This document shows, piece by piece, positions 26,347-37,801 of a DNA stretch of 64,000 bases. The notes beneath the pieces are model-generated. The model saw only the letters and a program-made list of their open reading frames with translations, did not search any database and was not told the origin of the DNA. The stretch lies in the NCBI GenBank assembly GCA_048013815.1, contig CM106586.1:15996001-16060000 (forward strand), given 5' to 3'. The translations under genes were made by a program, and so were the position numbers. This DNA is from Setoptus koraiensis (lineage: Eukaryota; Animalia; Arthropoda). Positions within the stretch are counted from its first letter, which is position 1; each line of letters begins with the position of its first letter.

Positions 26347-29300
26347 AGCCGGCCGCATTGGCCCGATCGAGCCGAATGTTGGCCCAAATGGCCAACGAGC
26401 GGTCGCATAGCACCGGCCGACCATTGGGCGCAGAGGGGCCCCGCGAAACAATTACCACTCGCACAGCCAGTTCCGGTCGGCGCTGGCGTGTGCAGCGGGC
26501 TTGTCGGACAAAATTGTTTATTTATTTACATGTGTAGGCACTAAAGTCGCCGGGCTTATTGAATCAAACGGCTAGCGCGAGTGTTTGCATGTTTGTGCGT
26601 CCGGGGTCCCAAGAAAGATTGTGATACAACGACTCGTGCCAGATGGCACGAGCAACGGCGCTCTCGTCCAGTTATTGGGGCGCCAGTCGAGCGGGCGACT
26701 CGAGCGAGCGGCGGGCGACTCGAGCGAGCGGCGGGCGACTTGAGAGGGCGAGCGAGCGAGCGATAGAGCGCATTTCAATTTGGCCGAAGTCTATGCAAAT
26801 ACACTTTTATTTGTGCGCGCTCTGCCCGGCGAGGCTCTGATTTTATGCAAAGCCCCGCGACGGGCGACCGGCAGATATATGCGCAGACGGGCCCCCCAAT
26901 AATAGTAATAATAATAATAATGATGATGATCGCTGGCGGGGCCGGCCAGATTAGCCGGCGCCGCTTCTGCCTACGCGACGCATCATGCGAAATAAATCAA
27001 GCGACCAGATTAGCCGCGCCGACTTTGGCCGCTGATTTTAGCGCTGATGTGGGGCCCCAAAATTAATTCCAGTCTTGCGATGCTATGATTGGCGGCGCCG
27101 TGTGCCCGGTCGGCCGGCCGGCCGGCCGCCGCGACTAAGTGGTGCCCGCTGTACACAAACTGTAACTTTTTATTCCTTTGGCCTCATCAACCATTTAATG
27201 CCGGGCCGGGCCGGCCCGGCTGTTCGGCGTATGTTGTCTGGTCAGCGCCGGCCCGTTGCAATCGGTCCGGCTGACTTGGCGGCCAGTGGCTCGCTGGCTT
27301 GCTGGCTCGCTGGCGGCCCCATAATATGGGGCGCGTATCAATTGGCATACTATGACTCTACTATGACAATCGCGGGCTCCGCGATGAGTCACAGCGTAGG
27401 CATGGGGCCCGGCGCACGAATTGTGCGGCACAATGAGCCGGCCAATTAATTATATGAGATGGGCCCAACGATGCGACGAGCGGCGGCGCAATTATACTTT
27501 TGCGGCCGCTAGATGACCGGCACACACACGCCGGGCCGGGCGCCCGATGGCGCCCGCTAATTTGAGTGCGCCTAGCGACTCAAATCAGCATGCGAGTCGC
27601 GACCAACGACCGCCGCAGTTCGCGGGCCCGCTCGTCGCTCGCTCGTCGCCCGCTCGTTGCCCGCGCCGTCGGGTCCCGCCGACCGAATCAACAATCGCCG
27701 AACAGGCTTTTTTGCAGTCATGGCCGAATTGGCCCGCTTGCGAACCGCTCCAGACCGAGCGGACATGGCCGGCTCCGCTCCGGGCCCGTCCGCTAGGTAG
27801 CCGGCGCACTATTGCCGGCCGCGCAACAGCCAGCAATAGCGGGCAATAATGTTTTATGGCCCGCTCCTATTCATGGCGCCCTCGTGCATTAACAAGCAGG
27901 TTGCCGGCTTGTGGCAAATTGGCCATTCCACGGGCCGTCGTAGTTATCTGTGGGCGCCAGTTTTGGCCAGACCGGCTCGGCCGGCCCGGAGTCGATAAAC
28001 TTTGTTTAATGTCGCACTTTATGTCGCATGCGGTCCCGCTTTCACATTTGCGGCGACCGCCGCCAGCCGGGCTCCAGCTGAGCGGCCGCCATAGGGAACT
28101 GGACTCGTTCGCCCGAGTCTCGTTACCGGGGCCCTCGCACTGGCGACCTTGTTTGCGCTTGCACTGGCCCCATTCCGCCGGCCGCATCTAATATCGAGCC
28201 CGCGAATCGCGCAGCCTCGAATTAGAATTCGAATTTGGCATTTGAATTTGGCATTCGCATTCTCTGCTGGCGATTCGTGGTTGCGCAACTTGCGATCGCC
28301 GGCAGCCGGAGCCGCCAACTGGCCACTGGCCGCTCGCAATTCGAGCCAACGCAACACAGCAATTGTGGCCAGCGCACAAACACGGGCCGGCCCGATCGGC
28401 ATCGAGCCGACCGCTCGCGCGGCCAGCTCGGGCCCAATCGCGAGCTGGCTGGACGCGATCAAGTGCGCGGCGCAGCTGCAGTGGCGACCGCGGACTCGCG
28501 GGCCAAGCGGGCCGCTCGGCGGCACCGCATCGGGCGCCCTGTTTGGCCGCTTGCCAGGTCGATTCGGCGCGCGACTAATTTGTTTGCCGGCGCATTGTGG
28601 GGCCGGCGCCGCAGTTGACAGTGGCAACAGTTCGCTCGCCCGCCACGACTCTCCCGACCGAAGAGACTGTCTCGACCGGCCGCCGGGGCCCGTCGGCCCG
28701 GCTCCGGCGCTCGCGACTTGCGAATCGGAAGGTCAATTATGTTTCTGGCGCGCCCGTAATTCGCTGTCGAGGTGCCAGCGATGAGGCCCCGGCGACTGGG
28801 CAACTTGCGCGACTTGTGCGACTTGCGCGACTCGGGTGAGGCCCGAGCCAGGCGCGAACCAGTCGGCGCGCAACCCGAGAATTGGGGCTCCCGCGGGGCC
28901 CCAATTCTCGGCAGCGCGCACAAGGCGACAGCACAGACTCTGCTGAACAGACTGTGAACGAGGTGTGTCGATTTGGCGCCGTTATTGATTGTTGTTGCCG
29001 CTGTGTGTATATTTATTCATTCCATTTACATTTGCGTAATCATCTGTCTGACAGCGCCAGCGCCAACTGGGGCGACGATTCGACAATCGGACAGGTGCGC
29101 CCAGTGGAGCGCACGGGCACACATCGCCTCAGTAGTTTCGGGGCTGGCGGCGCCGCAGGATCCGCGTTGTCTGTTCAAATTAAATGCTCGTGCCGCTCGG
29201 GAGCGCAGCCAGACGGGCCCGCTTCTGGGCGACCCGGCCAGGCAGCGGGCCGGGTCGTCTCAGACTGTGAGGCTCAGAGCGCCCAGTTTCGAGAAGTCGC

Positions 29301-30950
29301 CTCGCAGGGCTCTGGCGGATGGGCCGCCAACTGGGGCCCCGCTCGCCCGAGTATAAACGACCAAACGACGAGTATAAATACGCGCGCGCGCGCGCGCTAT
29401 AAATACTGTGCTCGCCAACGACGAGTGACTATTTTTTTTTCGTTAGTTGTGTGTCGCTCGCTAGCGAATTTGTTATAAAATCAGGCGAGTGAGCCCAATA
29501 CCGAGCCCAGTGAATTGTCGGCTGATATTAGAGAGTTGGCGCGATGACGGGGCCCCAAAATTATTAAAACTCGCTAACTGAGCGCAAGTCAGCCGGCGAC
29601 GCTCAGCGGCCCGTTCGCGCCCCACCGGCTCGCTGTGCCGGAATGCGCCGGGCCCCCTCCGATCTGATTTGACGGCCGGCATGCTGGGCGTCGCTCAATC
29701 TGGGCGCCCTCTCGCGCTCAGCCGGCGGGTCGGTGTGTCGCGCCAATTTGTTGCGACGCGTCAAGCCACTTGACGCTGGCAACTTGCCGCAGCGCCGCCA
29801 TGTGCCAGTGCCGCCGACATTGCGCTCTTGGGCCACGCTTGGGTATCGCGCTCCCGACGGACCCGCTGTTGGGTGCGCAAACCCGCAGGGACGGCCGGCC
29901 CGAGCCGGGTCACGCTAGGCGCGTGTCGGAACTCGCTTACACGCGCACACCCGAACAAATTGACAAAGTGACAAGTTGCTGCGATTGTCAACTGAGCGAA
30001 ATAATACAATTAAAGTATTGTGAATCGAAATCGCGCCGCCAGAGCGACGCCGCCATCATCAGCATAAACGATACTGGTGACGATCCCGGGCCGACCGCGA
30101 CACCGGCCCGCCAGACACTGATAAAAAGCGGCCCGCCACACATTAATAAAAATCGGCCCGCCGCCGGAGACAGCCCGGCGCGATGTGACGTGCCTGCGCC
30201 CAGCGGGCCCGGGTGGGTGTGGCCGGGCGCTGTCGGAGGAGCGGCGCTGGCAGTGGAGTTGACAGAGTCGAAGTTGCTGCGACTTTGTCAAGCCGCACCT
30301 ACTGATAGGGCGGCCGCAAGTCGCACAAACCGATTGCTGACAACGGCCCGCCGGCCCGCTCGTTGGGCGGCTGCCGTCGGGCGCGCTGGCAAGCGGGTAA
30401 TTGGTGCGCCAGTCGGCGCTCGGGCGAGCTGGCTTGCGACAAATTGCATGTTGTTTACATTGGCATGATCCGTTTGCCGGTTGCCGTGGTTGCGTCTGGA
30501 AATTTCCATAATTGCCGGCCCGAGTTACGCATCGGTCTTATGGCGCGTTGTCTCGCCGCCCGGCAGCCAATCCAATTCAATTGCCGACCGATCGCAAAGC
30601 GATTCAATGCGGCCGCCGAGTCAACAACCGCCGACAGCCGACTGCTGCTAGCGACCGCCGACAGCAGCCAACAACCGGCGACGACCGACAACAACCGACA
30701 GCGACCGACAACAACCGGACCGATAGGCGCCTAACTGGGCCAAATCGAAGCGCGACGCTCAATTGGATGATGCGGCATCCGAGTGGCGCCCGACGCGCCG
30801 CTCCGGCCAGCGGGCGAGCCAAAGGCGAGCGCGGGCATGACCGCTTGTGACGTAACGGCGCCATTCATTAAATTTGCGGCGGCGTTTCCTTTGTTGCTGT
30901 TGTCGCCATCATTCAATTTATTTATTCGCCATCATATTCAGCAGCGCCAA

Positions 30951-31075
30951 CAGCAGCAACAGCAGCAACAACAACAACAAGAGCAACAGAGGCAACAGCA
31001 ACAACAACAACAGCAACAGCAACAACAACAACAACAACAACAGAGGCAACAACAACGACAAGAGCAACAGCGGCG
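30951..31075. repeat. Intronic (CAA/CAG)n microsatellite
   Basis: Read directly. Confidence 0.9.
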
Positions 31076-34000
31076 TTGCGTCAGCGAGCCAGCGCCGATG
31101 ACGACAACATTAACATCAACTTTTGTGCCCCTTCCACGCGCCGGCCGCCATATATCACCGGCGCCATATAGCACGCGTTATGCGCGTTATAATAGATAGA
31201 TTCGAGCTCTCAATACGGCGCTCGTGCAGCCTAGATATGCTATGTATATTTACGCATGACTAGCACACAATTAACTACTGCACAACAATACGCGAATTGT
31301 CTGATGATGACAATTCGCCAACAGCGGCAATTCGCCAACGACGACAACAGCGACAATTCGCCAGACGGCGACAACAGCGACAACTCGCCCCAACAGCGAC
31401 AACAGCGACAAATCGCCAGACAACAGCGACGACCATAAGTCGTGCTTCGTTTTGTCGCGCGACAAAGCGGCCGCAAAAGGGCGCGAACGCGAGTCGCGAA
31501 CGCAGCTAGGTGCCTTCATTGGCCGTTATTGGCTGTTGCGCGCGGCGCGTCACAATGGCGCCCGCGACTGCCGTCACCACACATATAATACTTGCCAGCA
31601 CTGGTCGATATCGTCGACGATTGCGACGATATTATATATGTATGCGCGATATCGTTGTCGATATATACATATATATATATATGCGCGCCGCCGCGTATAA
31701 TCAGTTAACCGTTAAACACGTCGCAGTTGTGTTAACACGAGCCGTCGATGAAACAAATGATCTCGTGTCCCAGATAATCTGTTGCGTAACTATCGCCAAG
31801 CGGGCCAAGTGAGCGAGTGCCAATCAAAAAGCGATGCCACTTGAGCGTCGTCGTCGTCGTCGTCGTCAATTGATCGCCAAATATCACCAATATGCATCCG
31901 ATGCTGGCAAGCGCATTCTTCGTCGAGCACCCTCTTCGTCTTGGCTGGCCTCATTCGCGACTCGCGATTCGCGACTCGCGACCAAGCCATTTCGGCCGAG
32001 CAGCCAGCCAGTTTGCGAAATATAGCGCACTGTATTTCGCAAACAGTCCAATGGCAAGCACCCAATGGGGCCCCAAAATAAACAAAACACCCATTCATGG
32101 CCGTTTATGGATGGTTAATTTGCATAAAGCTGCTGCTACCATTAGTGATATGGCGCGCGCCAGCCAGCCAGCTCGCAGTGGCCGACAATCTTTTCGCGAC
32201 TCGCGACTCGCGAGCCCGACACAAAATTAATCTTTGATGTCTCGCTTGCTCGCTCTTTTTTCTCAATGCTCAGCCTCGAGCTTTGAGGCTCAAAGTTGGC
32301 GCTCAACAGTCGAGAATGGCCCAAACCCCAAATGGCAGAGAGAAATGGAAATTTAAAACGGATAAAGTTCAAAATAAAACTTGTCCAGTGCACAGCCCAA
32401 TTATATGCCATTGCGCGCGTCACAGAGCCCATCGTTAACTTGGCCCTTCATCATGGAGGCTCTATGGCCTCCGCAGTCAGCGATGCAGTCGGCGAAGCCG
32501 GCCCGCAGCCCGGCCAACCAACCGGCGAAACCGCTGCGTCCCAGTTCCTTCGGGCCCGAGTCTTTTCGACGCTCGAACCGGCCGGCCGTTCCGAATCGCT
32601 GCAGTGCAATCTTCTTCGGGCTCCCAACTTCTTGAAAAATTTTCTCTTTTCGCGCTCACATAGCTCGAAGCAGTGAAGCCAGCTGATCGCTCCATCCGAA
32701 CGTTCGGCTTGCCTTCATGGCGGCAAAGAGTCAGCGGCCCCCGTGTCCCCCCAAAAAAGCGCCCTCTCCGGAGTAGACTTTGAAACCGAGCCGAAAACAC
32801 TGATATCAGTAATACTGAATCAGTATTGCTGAACCGTCGTTCGGGTGCCAACGTGCACTGGTTTCAATTCGCTTTCGGCTGGGCCCCCGAAACGGGTCGC
32901 CGCTCATTTTGGGGTTTTTTCCACTGACAGGCCAACAAAATAACCGCCAGAATCGCATATTGTGCCGCATGCAAGATTGTTGCTTGGTCAGTGTTTGCCT
33001 GTGATCCTGTGATGGCATCCATTTTGTCGCTTTGCCAACTTGTGGGCCCCATTGTGCCGGCCAGGCTCGATGAGGCCAACACGTGCAAAGCTGCCCACTG
33101 TCCAGTGTCCGTCATTGGCGAAGGCATCATCATGGCGGCCATTTGTGGATGCCATTCAACTGTGCGCTGACCATTACGTAACGTAATTTACGTATTGCAT
33201 TGCGTAATGCTATGATGGTGACATTATCGACACATGAGCGGCATTGGGCATTGAGCAATCGCATTTTTCGACCCGATTGGCGATTGGCGACTCGTTGCAT
33301 GGCGCAACTCAGCGCGCCCTCTAACGTATATAATTAATATATGTTTATTGCAATGTTAATTGGATTGGACTGGACTGGACGAGCGCAAATAAGCGCGTTG
33401 CATATTTAAGGGCAGTGACAGTGACAAAAATTGACCAGTGACATTGACCAGCGGCCCCACAATAACGTTAATTGTTACGGTGACTCACTGTCGGTCACTT
33501 ACTGTCAGTGGCAGTAAATTCACTGTTGTCCCCCCACTGTTTGTGTTGTCCGTTGCTGATAGTTTGGGGCGCAAACTTTGGGCCAGCTAATAGCCGTTAC
33601 TTGTGTGTATTCCGTTGCGACGTAATCAGTTGCGATATATTCCGTTGCGATATATTCCGTTGCGATGCGACGCGCTTCGGACATGCGGTGTAACAGTTTT
33701 ATTCGCTTGTCAGCATGGCCCAATAAACTGGGCTAATACGTACGACATTACATAATTACGTTATTGCCATGACATACGTTGCACGAGCATATATAAACTC
33801 TGGTCACTTGCTCGCTGCCGGCCATACGAGCCATATATTGAGTTTGTTGGTCAGCAATATAATAATATAATAATATAATGATGCAATATATATATATATA
33901 AATATATAAAACAAACAGCATGACACAAACAATATCTTAATACATAAATACACACAAAATTGTTTGCTTTTTGGCCCGTTTCCTGTCCTGTTGTCCATTC

Positions 34001-35645
34001 AATTGGACCGGCCATTCAATTGTTGATTGTCCGTTTGGGTGGCCAGGCGGCCCCTGTTACATGGCTGTTACGTAACTGGCCGCATTAGCGTACGAGTTGC
34101 CATATGCAGTTGGCCGGCTGATTGAGTTCATGTGTCGCTTCGAAATGGCTCAATTATCATCATTTGGCCTTTTTTTTTGTTGGCCCCATGGCCGACACAA
34201 TGGTCGAGAGAAAATAATCTCCAGCTTCAGCAACAGCAACAACAACAGCAACTGCCACTATTAGCGCCACTGGGGCCACGCGCAAAAAGTGCGCATCATT
34301 TCCATAAAAGGCACATAACATAAATAATATCTGAATAACTGTGACGTAACAGGGGCATTAGTTGACTGGCCCCGAGTGCCGGGCCAGTTTAAACGGGGCC
34401 TGGCCCCTTTTTTCCCCGTTGTCGGCTGTTGTCGGCCGTTGTCGGCTGTGTCATTTGGGGTATTTGCGAGCCGTTAGCCGGGCTAATAGAATGCTATTGT
34501 CACGGGGGGAGCCCCAAAGTGTGCCCAACGGCACATGTAATGGCTAATGGTGTTTGTCACAATTGCGCTCTAAATAAGCGAACAAGTGTCACAAACACGC
34601 ACAAATATGCCGTTAAATATGCTAACTAACTAACTGGGGCCCCTTGCTAACTGGTGCCGCTTGCTGTTGTGTGACTTTTGTCAGCTAAATATTGAGCTAA
34701 ATACATGCATGTACTAGCACGCAATACAGTTATATAACTAACTGCTGTTGTTGTTGTTGTTGTTGTTGGGTCATCATCAACACATGATGACACAACACGA
34801 CAACAACTGCATTAATGAATTGATTAATTGATGACAATGGCCGACAATTGTCATTGTCGCTTGTCGCTCGTTGACAGCTCGTGTTGCGCGACGCGCCAAC
34901 AACTGACCGCTATCAATTGCACTCTTGCCAGTGTCAGTGTGTGACGTGCTTGCACTAATGATTTACAGCAACAGCAACAGCAGCAGCAGTTATGTAACAA
35001 TTGCACTTAACAACTTGTTTGCCTCAAATCGACTGAACGTGACCCCTTGCTAATGGCGCGCGCTCTAAGCGGCCTCCCATTGCGTAATGGCCGCCCCAAA
35101 TTGACCAGAGGCTCAGCTGACACCAGTGGCGAGTTGCGGCCGCTGGTGTCAACTTGTCACAAGTCACAACTTGCGCCTCACAAGTAACAACTTGCGCCTC
35201 ACAAGTCACAACTCGCGACTCACAAGTCACAACTCGCGACTCACAAGTCGGGCCCAACGAGGGCCCCAATTGCCGGACAGCGAGTTTGCAACGGAACAGA
35301 CGCTTTACACTTTATTATTTGTCTTGCAATTTTGTTAATTTCCGGCATTCATCGGCGGGCCGTTTCTGCGCTCATTTGCGCGCCATTCTGTGCTGATGAT
35401 CGCCCATCACTGATCGGGCGCGGCCGGTCATCGCCCGGCGAGCACAATGGCGAAAACAAGTGCCGCCTCTCAGCTGTCGCAACTCGACATTTCGGCGTGT
35501 CGACATTTCGTCATATCGCCGAGTCGATATTTCGACGTTTCGACATTTCGTCATTCCGAAGAGTCGACGTTTCGTCATTTCGACGAGTCGACGAGCCGAT
35601 ACTGCGTCACTTCGGCGAGTCGAAATATCGACGGGTCAATATTAC

Positions 35646-35712
35646 GCCAGTCGGATATTTGGCGCCAGTCGGATATTTGGCGCCAGTCGGATATTTGGCG
35701 CCAAATATCCGA
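35646..35712. repeat. 18-nt tandem repeat (CCAGTCGGATATTTGGCG) x3 ending in an inverted copy
   Basis: Read directly; contains a perfect 26-bp palindrome at 35687-35712. Confidence 0.92.
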
Positions 35713-37636
35713 AGCAAGCGAGGGGTCGCTAATTGATCGGTGACGGCTGCACAGCGCTGATGTTACATAATGTGTATTACATAATATGCGCTTGCCGGCC
35801 GCTGTCCGGGCAGCGCTCGCGAGCCGAACAGCCATTAGCAGGCGCAGCACAGTGGCGCGCGCACAACAAGCCCGCTCGAAAATAATCATTGAGCTCGGCT
35901 GCAAACTTTCATTTTCAGCCTCATTCATATGTAAAGACGCGCTCAATTGGTTGATTACGCAACAACAATGGCCACTTGCTGAGTTGCGTTGGCCGTTGGC
36001 TCGTGTTGTGCCGTCACCACGTGTTTCATATAAGCACTACATACAGAGTATAGTCGAGACACTGCGCGACTCGCCGGAGTCAATTGTGTGCACGACTGTC
36101 ACTGTGTTGTCGTCGTCGTTGTTGTCGTTGCTGTCGTGCCAACAACGACGACAACCACGACAACCACACAACAACATTAATATAGTTAAGTTGAACATAG
36201 TTAATGATTATTTACCACATGACGATTATTTTTGTCCCGTGCTGGTTGTTGATTGTTTATAGCGTCCACAATGCACATTATTGTGTGTTTGTTGTGCCAA
36301 TTGGCGCGCGCGCGCGCGCGTGCAGCTCGTGCGCAGCTCGCCGAGGGCCGCGGTGTGCCCCGGTGCCAATAATAGACGCTCGACAGACTCAATAATAGAC
36401 GCTCAACAGACCCAATAATAGACTGTGCACTGGGCTGAGTCTATTGAGAAAGGATTTATTTATTTTCAGCCGGGGGCCCCTAATGAGCCGACAATAAGCC
36501 GCACAGCGACAGCGCAAGCAAACAGACAGATCATCGGTCATTATCATTGGCGCAGCCAAACACAAACACGAGCTCGCCAAATGAATTGCGCGGCCTTGGC
36601 TGGCAAGGCGCGAATTTGCGCTCGGAGCGCGAGTTGCGCCGTCTAGCGGGGCCGGCCCAGTCGCACTAGTCGGCCCAGTCGCACAAGTCGGCCTAGCCGC
36701 ACTAGTCACACTGGTCTAGTTAGGCCGGCCTAGTTGCGCTGGTGCGCTGTTTATTCAACTTGTCGTTGTCGTCGTCGTCGTCGCTGGGCCCACTATTACG
36801 CAACTATTGGAGCCATTACGCAACAGCGGCACTATTACGCGCACACACAGTGACGCACACTATTACACGTCACTATTGCGTAATAGTAATGGCTGCCGGC
36901 GGACAAGAGCGAGGCCGCAAAAAGCAGAAAGCAAAATCGTTAGAATCGTCGAAAAGTCAGCCTCAACTTGAGGCCCTCAAGACGGACCTTTGGCTGTTAC
37001 GCGGGCACAGTGCACAGACAGGCTGTGCAGTGTGCCACTGCGACCCTATGTCATAACTTGTTGTTTGCGCGCAATGAGACGTAAAATTTTTCGTCAGCGT
37101 GCGCCCACTTGTTTGTTGCGCACGCTGTTGCCGCTCGTGCCACGAGGAGCCTCTTCCGACACTTGTTCCGAACTGCTGACCCGTGCGCGCCCGTGCCCAC
37201 GTTACGTAACACGATGTTGGCACGAAATTGTAACAGTTGCAGCGCCATTGGCGCCCCCACCGTAACGCCGCCGCGATACAAACAACAACGGCAAGCAACG
37301 GCAAGATGTAAACAATATATAAACACAATGTATATGTATATGCACGTGCAATTACATCGACTACAAATGCCGAATTGCAACGGGCTGGCCGGCTCGTTGC
37401 GTAATAGGCGCCCCCGACAAACTGAGTGGGAGTGCTACAGTCGGAGCTTGGTGCAACTGTTACTGCCGGAGGTTGGTGCAACTGGCCGCCAGTGGTGCAG
37501 CTGCAGCCAGTTGGGGGGCCCGGCGGAATGTGCGCTGTCGCAACTGGTCGCGCACTGTGCACTTTGGGGGCTGCAGCGTGCAGATTGCGCAAGGCGCGCC
37601 AAAACAAACAACGACAAATGGCTAGGTGTGCTCGAC

Positions 37637-37801
37637 ACAACGGTGCACGACACGACGCTGCACGACACAACGCTGCTCGACACAACGGTGCACGACACGA
37701 CGCTGCACGACACAACGCTGCTCGACATAACGGTGCACGACACAAGGGTGCACGACACAACGCTGCTCGACATAACGGTGCACGACACAAGGGTGCACGA
37801 C
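37637..37801. repeat. 15-nt minisatellite x11 with 45-nt higher-order period
   Basis: Unit order A-B-C-A-B-C-A'-B'-C-A'-B' read directly. Confidence 0.9.

Noticed and set aside
30783-31199. PolyQ ORF in intron 1 as a possible alternative exon
   Set aside because: No matching donor, and insertion would split the GYG filter.
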